Shown here piece after piece: positions 37,831 to 48,982 of a DNA stretch of 64,000 nt. The notes under the pieces were generated by a model. The model did no database searches and was not told the DNA's origin. It saw only the letters and a program-made list of their open reading frames with translations. Position 1 is the stretch's first letter, and the number at the start of each line of letters is the position of its first letter. Both the position numbers and the translations under genes were made by a program. The DNA is taken from assembly GCA_031835245.2 (NCBI GenBank), contig JAVKOQ020000037.1, positions 186,001 through 250,000 on the forward strand, read 5' to 3'. The DNA comes from Balamuthia mandrillaris. Taxonomy: Eukaryota.

Positions 37831-38487
37831 TTGTTCGCACTGCTGTTTCGTGGAGGAGAAGAACAAACAAACGTTACAACCTAAACTTTTTACAAAAGCC
37901 GAAAACAACGAACGCTGCACGAAAAGAAAATGGCCGTGGAAGCATACCTTTCGTTCTTCGGGGGGGGAGGATGTTTTGTGTTGCTGCTTCCTTTCCGCCG
38001 AAACGAAAAAATAAAAAAAAAAGCCCAACAACACCCACACAAAAACGTGGAAAACTCCTAGTCTGCAAAAAAAAAAAAACAGAAACAAAAAGGTGGTGGT
38101 GGACCTGCTATCAACAAAAACCGTTTTGCACTGCTTGGAGAAAATATTTGCTAAATGTTCGTCAAAGCGATCAACAACCCCCATAGGCCGAGAACATCCG
38201 CCTTTCATGGGCGTGGACCATTTCAGCTGGTCAGGCACACCATTAAGAAAGGGTGAGGGCCAGGTGGCCCCCTTGCGTTTCCTTCAAAGGCAAAGATACG
38301 CAGAATTCCGTAAACGGCGGGGGGAACAGGTGTTCGCTGGGTTTATCCTTAAATAGCAATTTTCCTTCGTGGAAAATGGTATTAAATTTCTTCTAAAGGA
38401 AAACATTAGATTAAAATTTTCGGTTTTAGGGAGCAATTAAGTCGGCGAAATGTTGTGATTGGTTGTATAAAGGCTGGGAGGACGATT

Positions 38488-40051
38488 TTAAGAAGAAGAA
38501 AAGAAGCTGCCAAGCCTTGCTGCGGTGTCGTCGAGGGTGGCCTTGAGCTTGGCCTCTTCCGCTGGGGAGAGAGGCAACAGGGGCAGTCTGGAAGCACCGC
38601 CCACAAAGCCCCTTCCCTGCAGATCCAACGCCCTCTTCACCGCCGGTGGACCCATCTCCGCCGTCACCAATTGGTTGATATCCACCAAAATCGATTGTAG
38701 CTGCATCGCTTCTTTCAGCAACTGTTTGCTGTCCTTCTGCTTATTCTTCTTCTGCTTCTCCTCGTCGTTGGTTGTGGTCGTTGTTGCGGCAAGAAAGAGC
38801 TCATGAAGATGACGCAGCTCCTCAGGGTAGAGATTGGCCAGGGCCATCACGCCTCCATCTGCTCCCACCGTCAAGGCTTGCAGGAAGAAAGCCCCTGAGC
38901 CAGCCAAAACCGCAAAGTCCTTGCCTGCTTTGGCCCTCTGCAGCGGCCGTTTGATGTGCTCCACGAGTTGGGCCAGCTGCACGATGCTGCCGGTGGTGTC
39001 CTTGATGCCAACGATGTTGGGGTGGGCAGCCAGCTCCTTGATGAGGGAGAGGGACATCTTCACGCCGCCGGCCAACGGAGGGACGTTGTAGAGGATAATT
39101 GGGATGGAAGAAGCCGAGGCCACGCGTTCGTAATGTCTCAATAGTTGTTTGTCGTTCATTTTGTCGGTAAAGTAATACTGTTTGGGTTAAAAAAGAGCGT
39201 TACTTATAACCTCACACAAAGAAGGGGCAACGAAAGCAGGAAAAGGAGCAGAAGCAGGAGAACGAGAAGAAGAAGCAGCTGAAGAAAAACACGACTACGA
39301 GCACAACGTACAGGAGTGACAATCATAGCAGCATCATATCCCAGAGCGGCGGCCTCCTGCGTCAGCTGAATGGTCTCCTTGGTGCTGACACAACCCGTGC
39401 CGGCTATCATCCTAAAGTCCTTCCTGTCCTGCGGGGCATGCTCCGCCTCCACCACCTTCTTGGCGGTGGTGAGCACCTGCACTTTCTCGCTGGCGGTGAG
39501 GGAGGGGAATTCGCCGTTAGAGCCAAGGACAACGAGCCCCGAGAGGCCCCTGCTGGATTGGCTGTAGAGAGCAACGTTGGCGGCGAGGGCCTCGTAGTCC
39601 ACGCTCTCGTCACCCTCCGCGGAGGCGGTGAAGGGGATGGTGATGGGAGGAAGAAGCCCGCGAAAGGGGGTTGGTCCACCGACCGAGAAGAGGCGAGAAG
39701 GAGACTGAGAAAGCCAAGGCTAGCAGTTGCATAAGAAAGATGGTGCGGTACAGTTAGCTTTTTTTTTGAGGGCTGTAAATAGAAGAGAGAGAGCAAAAAG
39801 AGGAGAGAGAGAGAGAGAGAGAGAAAGAAGAGAAGAGAACGATGAAGAGAACGATGAAGAGTACGATGAAGAGTACGATGAAGAGAACGATGAAGAGAAG
39901 AGAAGCAGATAGACAAGGATGACAACAGAAACAAGAAGGAAAAAAATGCATGAACTACCTGATGGAAAAGACTGCTTTGTGAGGAACCCGACCGGGGTGC
40001 AATCCCACGACAGGTGGCCAAGCCCAGAGCACCCAAGCCTTGTCGTTTCAT
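38488..40051 (-). CDS. HOGA1: 4-hydroxy-2-oxoglutarate aldolase (DHDPS/NAL family), probably mitochondrial (3 exons)
   Basis: GLLPPITIPF, VLGSNGEFPSLT, AGTGCVST, ILYNVP, HPNIVGIKDT (Schiff-base Lys), LAGSGAF..GADGGVMALAN. Presequence-like MKRQGLGALGLATCR. Confidence 0.85.
39832..39899. repeat. 12-bp minisatellite (GATGAAGAGWAC)x~5.5 in HOGA1 intron 1
   Basis: Direct tandem copies visible in the sequence. Confidence 0.85.
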
Positions 40052-40107
40052 TTTTTTTTTCTTTCTTCTTCGCTGTTTTTGTGTTCGTTTGGGCAAAGAC
40101 CAAGTCG

Positions 40108-40257
40108 TCGGTTCAACTCCCACTTCCAACCATTTATTTTCGATATTATCGGTTCGAATCCCGCTAAAAGCTATTTTATTTTGTATTGCATCGGTTCAAC
40201 TCCCGCTGTGATCATGTGTTTTTTTATTATCGTCGACATTTTTTCGGTTCGACTCCC
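40108..40257 (+). promoter_or_regulatory. Array of four B-box (TFIIIC site)-like motifs TCGGTTCRAMTCCC
   Basis: GGTTCAACTCC 40110, GGTTCGAATCC 40151, GGTTCAACTCC 40193, GGTTCGACTCC 40246. All match GGTTCRANYCC in the same orientation, and no tRNA cloverleaf surrounds them. Confidence 0.7.
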
Positions 40258-40293
40258 GATGTGCACAATTTTTTCTCATTATAAACAAAAAAG

Positions 40294-42880
40294 ATGGAAG
40301 CAGCAGCGAAGGGAAGCAGGGAAGAGGGGACGAGCCGGACGGCCCGATGGCATGAGGGTGGCACGGAAGGAGAGGAGTGGGTCGAGGTGGCCCGTCAGAA
40401 AACCCAAATCACCGTCTCTACCTTTTGGTTTGTGATGGTAACACTTTTTTTTTTTGATGTTAAAAAAAATTATTATTATCTTTGCGCTTCACATCTAACC
40501 TCTTTCTCATCTCCTCTACTTTCTTTCTTCTTCTGCTCAGCAACACTGGGCGCTCAACCCGAAGTACGGCTCTCTCTCTCTCTCTCTCTCTCCCTCTGTC
40601 TATGTGATTCGCAACATTTTTTGATTGAAAAACAAAATACAGACATTTGATGAAACCAATCAAAAAATGGCACATCCTTCGCAAAGAAATAAGAGACAAC
40701 ACCACGGGAGAGCTGCTCGACGCGACGGAGTTTGAGCCTGGAGAAGGCCTGGAGGAAAGGGACGGCGGCGGGGCAGACGTCGAAGAGGAGATCGCCAACA
40801 ACGAGACTTACCTTGCTGGTGAAGCAACAGAGGAGGAAGAAGAAGAGGAAAGAGAAGAAGAAACAACAAGTTGGCAAATAGCTTACAAGCGACACCTCTT
40901 CCCGAGAGTGCCGGAGAAGGACAACGAGATCGATGACTGGGTCGTCCTCTTTCCTGCCCAGCGTCGAGTCGAAGTAGCTCCTGTCTTTCCGCCTTCAGAA
41001 GAACAGGACGAAGAAGGAGAAGGTGACGAGAGGGAGAAAGAGGAAGAGGCGAAGAAGAAGCGAGGAAAAAAGGTAGATCCCTTTTACTTGCCGTTCTTCT
41101 ACCCGAAAGTACTGCGGTGGGCGTTTGTCTTTCATGAAGGAACAGAGCAAGTCACCGAGGAAGACGAAGAAGAGCACGTGCAAAAGAAGAAGAGGAAGAA
41201 GAATGAGCAGAAGAAAACAGGAGGAACAGAGAAAGAGAAACAAGAAGAAAGAACACCCAAAGTTTGGAGCTATGTTACGATGGAAGCTCAGTTCATTGAC
41301 GAAAAGACATATAGAAACCACTTGGTATGCTGTCATTTATTCTTCTTTCGTTTCTCTTTTCTATTATTATTATTATTATTATTTTTTTTGCTATTTCAAC
41401 GTCTGTTCTCACTTGGTTCAATGAAGCCGAGAATAGCACAACAGATCCTCAAGAAGTTGAACACGTGGGGAAAGAATCATGAGGAGGGATACAAGAAACG
41501 GATGCACTTTGATAGGATATTCAGCAAAAGTAGATATCAACTCACTTACGAAAGACTAAAGCCCAAATATGTGTAAGTTGTTCATTTCTTTATGGTCTTC
41601 TCTTCCTACCTGTTCTTTTTAACGTTCTCTTATTTATGTTTTTCTCTTACAGAAAATGGGTCTCCGAATGGACAGCCAACTCCGATCCCATCAAATACGT
41701 GTTTGAGGACATCCAAATAGCCTCATACCTTATCTCCTTGTGGGAATTTGAACAAGAGGAACTCAACCTAGCGCGGTACATCATCATATGCTTTATTCTT
41801 TCCTTTTGTCGTTTTCCTTTTTTTCTTCTTTTCCTTATAGCTTTTCTTTGCCATAGAAAACAAAGTTTTGTAGACTTGGGTTGTGGCAACGGCTTCCTGG
41901 TCTATATCCTCATGATGGAGGGATATCCTGGCAAAGGTCTTGACCTCCGTCGTCGCGACATTTGGGCGGAATACCCTACCAACATTGCCGGTGCGCTGGA
42001 AGAAGTGGAGTTTCACCCGGAGACGGGAACCTTCCCAGAGTATGATTGGTTGCTTGGTAATCATAGCGATGAATTGACTCCGTGGATCCCTTTGATGGCC
42101 AGCCGCTCCGGATGGGCCACAAAGTACTTCATCTTGCCGTGTTGCTTTTTTGCGCTGGAGGGAGGCAGATATCAACGCGAACGATTACGACAGAAAGAAG
42201 GAAAAAACGAAGAAGAACCAACAGGTGACGATGGGGAAGGCAAAGCAAACCGGAAAGAAGAAGGAAAGACAAAAGGTAAAGGCAAAAGGATAGGAACAGA
42301 CGGAAAAGGAAAAGGAAAAGGAGACGAAGGAGAAGGAGGAGAGAAAGGAGGAGGAGTGGGCAGTCGATATGAAGCCTATTTGGAGTATTTGAAGGAGATT
42401 GGGGAGAAATGCGGCTATGTGGTCGAGTCGGACACGCTGAGAATCCCTTCGACGAGGAACTTGGCTCAGATAGGGCGCAAACGAACGTTTCCGGCTGCCA
42501 AGGAAGAAGAAGAAGAAGCGGAAGGAGAGAAGAATAACAAGCAGGAAGCAAAAGTGATGAAAGGAGAGAAAGAGGGAGAAGAAACGGTGAGAAGGAACCA
42601 CGAGCAGCTGTTGAGCCGCTTCGTGGAGTTTGTGCCGAGGAAGATGACGGATTCGAAGCACCAAAGGGAGAGGGCGATGCGGCAGCGGCCCTTCAAGCCA
42701 CGAAAGGAGCAGCAAGGGGGGTTGGGGGACAAGCAAAAGAGAAAAGCGGAGAGCAGGAAACGAAAGCTGGAGAAAGAGAAACGAGAAGAAGAAGAAGAGA
42801 AAGAAGAAGAAGAAAAAAATGGAAAGACGGAGCGGAAAAGAAAGCAATCGTCAGCCTCAACCGAATTAGGAAACGAATGA
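40294..42880 (+). CDS. TRM44: tRNA (uracil-O2'-)-methyltransferase, Um44 (multi-exon)
   Basis: KYVFEDIQIASYL, FVDLGCGNGFLVYIL, DWLLGNHSDELTPWIP, ILPCCFF, LRIPSTRN. Confidence 0.92.
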
Positions 42881-43151
42881 ACGGATTTTGTCCTTTTTAA
42901 AGAGTATTTTGTCGACAATTATTTCCTTTTTTCGAATATGTTCAAATTAAATGGAAAATGTTCTGTCGACAGAAACAATAGAAGCGCCACCTTATCGATC
43001 TCCTTAAAACACGAAACATTACTCTTATATATTTTTATAATTTTTTTAATTGTGGTGTTCCTTCATTGAACAAACAAAGAAGGAGGCAAAAAAAAGAAAG
43101 AAAGGCCTCTAGAAGGAAGAAAGAAACCCAACAAATAAAATAAAAAAAGGG

Positions 43152-43508
43152 ATGAACAGCAGTGGCGTTTCTTCTTGTCTTCTTCGCTTCGCTTCCTCCG
43201 CCGGCGGAATAAAGCGAAACTTTCGCTTGGCGTCCTCGTCGTCTTCTTCTTGCACTTCTTTCCTTTCGGTATTTACCAGCTCTTTCTGCTTTCTCTCTCC
43301 CTTCTCTCTCTCTCTTTCTCTTTCTCTCTCCTTCATCCTTTCTTTCCATCTCTGTTTTAACTTGGAAACAAAAATGAACAAAGTCGAATGTGAGCAGCAG
43401 TTTTGGCTACGGAGGAAGGCGTGGGCTCAAAGAAATACCCGAGTATGACTTGGTGGTGGTCGGCTCTGGTCCCGCCGGTCAAAAGGCTGCTATTCAGGTT
43501 TCTTCTCG

Positions 43509-43555
<47 letters not shown>

Positions 43556-44068
43556 TTGATGTTTATGTTCTTTTCCTTTGGTCCCGACCAAAGAGTGCAA
43601 AGCTGGGCAAACGAGTGGCGATGATAGACTCTTTCCCGATGTTAGGCGGAACGTGTATCAACACCGGAACAGTGCCCTCCAAAACCTTACGAGAAGGTTC
43701 GTTCTCATCGTTCTTTTCTCTCTCTCTCTCTCTCTTATTCATTGCTTTCTTCTTTCATTACCATAAACCAACATTCTCTCTTTCTCTCTCTCTTTCCTGT
43801 TGTTCTCTCTTTCTCGTGTCCTCTTTCCCTTGCAGCAATTCTCTATTTGAGCGGCTTCAAGCAACGAGTCTTCTATGGCAGGCATCACACAGCAATGAAG
43901 GATTGGTGCTTTAGCGATTTGACCTTTCGCGTGCAGCACGTCACGAGGAGGCAGAAGGAAGTCATCATGGGACAACTCACTCGTAACCACGTAAAGCTAC
44001 TGAACGGCATGGCCTCCTTTGTTGACCCTAACACTCTTCTCATTAGGTTCTCTTTCTCCCTTTCTGCC

Positions 44069-44113
<45 letters not shown>

Positions 44114-45702
44114 AAACTCGAGTCTCTGCTTAACGTCTTGTATTCATTAAACAGAGGACCCGAGAGCGACTATCAAGTAAGAGGAAAGTTTGTATTCATA
44201 TCGTGTGGAACACGACCGGCCCATGACCCTGCCATAGTTTGTGATGGCAAATTCATCTTTGATGCGGATCAAATCCTTCATCTCAAAGGTTCACCTTCTT
44301 TGCTTCTCCTCTTCTCCTCTGCTTTTGTCTTTCTTACACTTCCATTCTGTCTTCTTTCTTCTTTATATGAAACCAGAAATGCCGCATCAGTTAATAGTGG
44401 TTGGAGCCGGAGTGGTAGGTTTAGAATATGCAGCCATGCTGGGCACGCTCCCGGACGTCCAGGTGACCGTCATCGACCAACGCCCCAAACTCTTGGACTT
44501 TGTGGACCGCGAGGTCATCGAGACCCTCATGTTTCACATGCGGCAGTCGCGCGCTCAGTTCCGTTTGGGAGAGAAGCTCTCCGCCGTTAAGGTCGACAAG
44601 GAGAGGAACCGAGTGACGGCCGAGCTGGAGAGTGGCAAGAAGATCATCGGAGATTCCCTGTTTTATGCTGTTGGAAGGCAGTGCAACACAGACAGCTTGA
44701 ACCTGGAGAATGCAGGTCTTTCTGCTGATTCTAGAGGTTTCTTTTTCTGTTCTCTGCTCTCGTTTCGTCTCGTTTCTCTGTTCTTTTCTTTCATCAAAAG
44801 ACTTTAAACCTTAAAAACAAATCATATAATAGGAAGACTGAAGGTGAACGAAACGTATCAAACGAGCGTGCCTCACATCTTTGCCGGAGGAGACGTGATC
44901 GGTTTTCCATCGCTGGCCTCTTCAAGCATGCTGCAGGGCCGTTTGGCCGTTTGTCAGATGTGGGGACAAAAGTGTCCTCGTATCTCTGCTGACCTTATCC
45001 CTTATGGCATTTATTGTACGTTCGCTTCTTGTTCTTATTCTTCTTCCTTCATCTCCTTGTTCTCTCTTCTTCATTCTGGTTCTTTTCTTCTTCTTGTTCT
45101 TCTTGTTCTTCTTCTTCTTCTTCTTCTTCTTCTTCTTCTTCTTCTTCTTCTTCTTCTTCTTCTTCTTCTTTTCTTCATTCTTATATCAACAAATAAACAC
45201 AAACAACAAAATAAAACAGCAATCCCAGAGATAAGCATGGTCGGCAAGACCGAGCAAGAGCTGACCGAAGCCAAGGTACCCTACGAGTGCGGCGTGGCGC
45301 GTTACTCCGAGCTGGCCAAAGGCATGATGCAAGGGGACGAGGTCGGCGGAATGCTCAAGCTGCTGTTCCACCTGGAGACGCACCGCATTCTGGGCGTGCA
45401 CATCATCGGAGAGAGCGCCACAGAGAACATTCACATTGGCCAAGCTGCCCTGGCACGTTCTCTTTGCTTTTCTTTTCTTTTCTTTTTTTCTTTTCTTTTC
45501 TTTTCTTTTCTTTTCTTTTCTTTTCTTTTCTTTTCTTTTCTTTTCTTTTCTTTTCTTTTCTTCTGTAGCGATATTCTGACAAAACAAAAAAAAGGCGATG
45601 GGAGCCAAAATAGAGTATTTTACAGAGAATGTGTTCAACTACCCCACGTTCGCGGAGGCTTACCAAGTGGCCGCTTTGGATGGTCTCAACAAAGAACGGT
45701 GA
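43152..45702 (+). CDS. sthA: Soluble pyridine nucleotide transhydrogenase (SthA/UdhA type) with an N-terminal presequence (multi-exon)
   Basis: [35 protein letters not shown] (CxxxxT), [38 protein letters not shown] (YPT rather than HPT). Exon 1 (43152-43268) splices in frame to 43384. Confidence 0.88.
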
Positions 45703-45864
45703 AACGGTTTTTTTTTGTGTGTTTTAAAGTTTCAAACAACGGAAAAAAAATTAATTAATTAATCAATATAGCGTTCTTCTTCCTGTAACGCGTTACACGC
45801 AAGAAAAAGTTGAACAAGAACAGAAGAGAAAAAAAACAGGAGACAAAAAAAAAACAAAGAAAGA

Positions 45865-47517
45865 ATGAAAGGCAAGAAAAAGGAAGATGAGAAGCAAAAC
45901 AAATCGTTGCTGCGCGAGACGGAACGGCTGCAAAAGAAAGAGGAGGAGATAAGGGCAAAAGCCAGGAAGAAGGCCGAAAGGAAGCAGCTGGACCGGTTGG
46001 TCGACCACGTGTTGGACGTCTACGAGAAGGAGAAAGGGCAGGAGAAGGCCAAGCACCACGTCCAAAAGCTGGACGTCCTGTTTCCGGGCATGGGGATGAC
46101 CAGAGGGCTCTCCGAGGAGGAGCTCCAGCCGAAGAAGGTGCAGCTGGACACGGTGATGCGGAAAGCCACCAGAGAATACAGGCCGGACCAGCAACGAAAA
46201 AAGAGCGGAAGCGCCATCTTGGGAAAAAGTCGAAGCCGAACGACCACTTCTGCTTCTCCTTTGCCGTCGCGTCATTCCCCCCATGGACGAGGAAGAAATG
46301 AAGATGAAAGAGGAGGAGGAAGACGAAGAGCAACCACGTCAACTGCTCCTTCTGCTCCTTTTCAACCTACCAAACTCTCTGCTTCTGCTTCTTCTTCTCC
46401 CACTTCTCCTTCATCTCCGTTGACTTCTTCTGCTCGAATGTCGCGAGAAAAAGGAGCAATAGTTGAGCCAAGGAAGAGAGACGAAGAGGAAAGGCGAGGA
46501 GAGGAAGAAGCAGACGAGAAACGATCGACGTTAAGACGCCATAAGAGTTTTTCGGACGTCGCTGAGACAAGAACGAAAGACAAACTCGACATTGTGTCTT
46601 CTCCCACTTCCAAACAAAAAGAGGACAAAACGGCGAAGGAAACAAAGAAGAAAGAAGAAAAGAAGAAGCCAAAGAAAAAAGAGAAAGAAAAGGAGGAGCC
46701 GAAAGAACGAAGGAAAAAGGAAGCAAAGAAGAAGACGAAGAAACCAGAAGCTGAAAAAAAAGAAGATGCCGACCATTCGTTCGCGCGAACAGGTGGCAGA
46801 CACCGAAGCAAGACGGAAGCCTCGCCACCGCCTCCTTCCTTCGTGGCTGCATTGGCCGCCGAGGATGTTCCTTCGTCCAGGCACAGCGGCAGCTTTCTCC
46901 CCTTGACTCCTGAACTGGACTCAACAAAGCAACTGAAAGAGCTGAGTCAAGCCGATGCGCCCACCGCTTCAAAGAGTGGGAGCTGGATAACGAGGAGAAG
47001 GAGTGGAAGCGCCATATTTCGTGGGATGAAGACAAAGAAAGAAGCCATGGCGGCAAAGAAAGACAAAAAGAAGAAGGACAAACCTGCAAAGAAAGAAAAG
47101 AAGAAAAAAGGATCTTCCAAGCGCGAGAAAGAGAAAGAAAAAGGCAAAGAGAACGATAAAGAGGTTGTACTGAAAGTGGACATTTCTTCTTCGACTTCCT
47201 CATTCAATTCTTCTCTTCATCACAAAAACGAAGAAGACACCAAAGAAAACGAACAACGGCCACCACATAAAGCAAACGAGGAAGATGTTGACGAAGAGGA
47301 AATAGACTTCATCCTAAACGGAGGAAGAAGCGGGAGCGGAACGGGAGCTGAGAAGAGCGAAAAGATGATACGAGACAAGCTGAACCGAAGAAAGGAGGAC
47401 TTTTGGCTGGACACCGACAATCTCTCCTCCGTCGCTGAAATAAGTGATCCCTTCCATAGCGATGATGATGGCATCAATGGGACAGCCGACCTGGGAGAAG
47501 TCGAAGTCTTCATATGA
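45865..47517 (+). CDS. Hypothetical Lys/Glu/Ser-rich protein, 550 aa
   Basis: Long ATG-initiated ORF with a helical-looking N-terminal segment. No family recognised. Confidence 0.7.
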   Translation: MKGKKKEDEKQNKSLLRETERLQKKEEEIRAKARKKAERKQLDRLVDHVLDVYEKEKGQEKAKHHVQKLDVLFPGMGMTRGLSEEELQPKKVQLDTVMRKATREYRPDQQRKKSGSAILGKSRSRTTTSASPLPSRHSPHGRGRNEDERGGGRRRATTSTAPSAPFQPTKLSASASSSPTSPSSPLTSSARMSREKGAIVEPRKRDEEERRGEEEADEKRSTLRRHKSFSDVAETRTKDKLDIVSSPTSKQKEDKTAKETKKKEEKKKPKKKEKEKEEPKERRKKEAKKKTKKPEAEKKEDADHSFARTGGRHRSKTEASPPPPSFVAALAAEDVPSSRHSGSFLPLTPELDSTKQLKELSQADAPTASKSGSWITRRRSGSAIFRGMKTKKEAMAAKKDKKKKDKPAKKEKKKKGSSKREKEKEKGKENDKEVVLKVDISSSTSSFNSSLHHKNEEDTKENEQRPPHKANEEDVDEEEIDFILNGGRSGSGTGAEKSEKMIRDKLNRRKEDFWLDTDNLSSVAEISDPFHSDDDGINGTADLGEVEVFI

Positions 47518-47650
47518 TCTCTCTCTCTCCATTTGCTTTGTGTATAAATAACGAATGTGTAAACATGCAGTGTACTATTGTAACCGTGGATTAATATCAT
47601 AACATAAGCATTCAAACGACGAAACAGAAAGAGAGCTTTGTAGGCGACAG

Positions 47651-48702
47651 TCAGGTATCATTCTCCAATATCCTTTTCTCCACTTCCTGGTGCTGGTTGT
47701 GTTTCGCTTTTTCCAGGGCAAGGCTCTTGTCCCAAGGGCATCCATTCTCCCTCGCCCATTTTAACACCTCCAAATGGCCCGACCCCGCAGCGGCGCTGCA
47801 GGTCCATTCGTCCCAGGGGCATCCGTTGGCTCTAAACCATTTCAGCACATCCAAACTGCCGCGCTTAGCAGCGATGGAGCAAGCGCGTTCATCCCAAGGA
47901 CATCCCTTCTCTCTCAGCCATTCCAGCCATTCCCAACGGAAGCTGGCAGCAGCAAAGCTGAATGCAAAACTGTTCCAAGGACATCCATTCTCTCTTGCCC
48001 ACCTCAATACTTCAAAATGACCATTTGCGGCAGCCAAGGCGGTGGTAAGCTCACACCAAGGGCACCCATTCTCTCTGGCCCACTGCAGTATTTCCATATG
48101 TCCATTATGCGCAGCATGGCCGCAAGTAAAGGAGTCCCAAGGGCACCCGTTCTCTCTGGCCCACTGCAGAACCTCCATATGTCCACAAGCGGCCGCTTGC
48201 CCACAAGTCTCTGCGTCCCAAGAGCATGCTTGTTCAGCACTTCTCGCCCATTGCAACACCTCCAACCGGCCGTTCCTGGCTGCGTGCTTGCAGACGTGCT
48301 GGTCCCAAGGGCAGTCTTGGTGTAGGCGAGACCACTGTTGGTCAGAGAGGAGCAGGCCCACCGCATGAAGAACTTGTGGCGGAGGTGAGGAGGGCTGCAG
48401 GCGTACCACCGGCGGCAGGTCCTGGCGGCCGGTGCCACGCTCTCCTCGGGCAGCATCCGCAGGATGAGGCAGAGCATTTCGTCCGGCAACAGGTCCTCCA
48501 CCCAACCGCAACCACAAGCTCTCTGCTCGCGGTCATCCCCGTCGCTGCTTCTTTCCTGCTCTCTTTGCCTCTTGCGTTTACTTGTGGGTCTTGATGGAGA
48601 GGTTTTCTCTTCTGCTTCTTCCTCTTCTTCTGTACCTTGGTGGTCTTGCGGTGCTCTGGCGTCCGTCTCCGACGTCCGCTGGTGGAGTGTTCTCTTCCGC
48701 AT
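47651..48702 (-). pseudogene. F-box plus 'CPW' ankyrin-repeat gene with a frameshift near 48335 (pseudogene or assembly error)
   Basis: F-box LLPDEMLCLILRML...CRRW in one frame. About seven AA.nGHlEVLqWARENGCPWD repeats in another frame. The GT-AG candidates checked are phase-neutral and do not repair the shift. Confidence 0.7.
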
Positions 48703-48982
48703 TGCCTCTTCGTGCTGCTCTTCTCCTCCTGGAACGCTTACGTCAGCGTTACATTCTATCTCCTGTCCTCTCTCGTGTCTGTTGACTTTTTTTATTTAAA
48801 TTTTTATTTAAAAAAAAAAAGAGAAGAAAGAACACAAACGAAGAAGAACGAACGAGCACAAAATAAAGAACATTGTTATTGTCACATAAATAATAAATAA
48901 GAAGTAATAATAAACAAAACAGAAAAAAAAACGAATAGAAAAAAATAAAATAATGAAATAAAATAATAAACGAAAAAGGTTT

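Noticed and set aside
38488..40051. Dihydrodipicolinate synthase (dapA)
   Set aside because: GSNGE rather than GTTGE, together with the other motifs, fits HOGA1 better.
40108..40257. CRISPR array or tRNA gene cluster
   Set aside because: The repeats are only 14 bp and degenerate, with no cas genes and a eukaryotic context. There is no room or sequence for tRNA 5' halves.
43152..45702. Dihydrolipoamide dehydrogenase or glutathione reductase
   Set aside because: The second redox Cys and the catalytic His are absent, which fits SthA.
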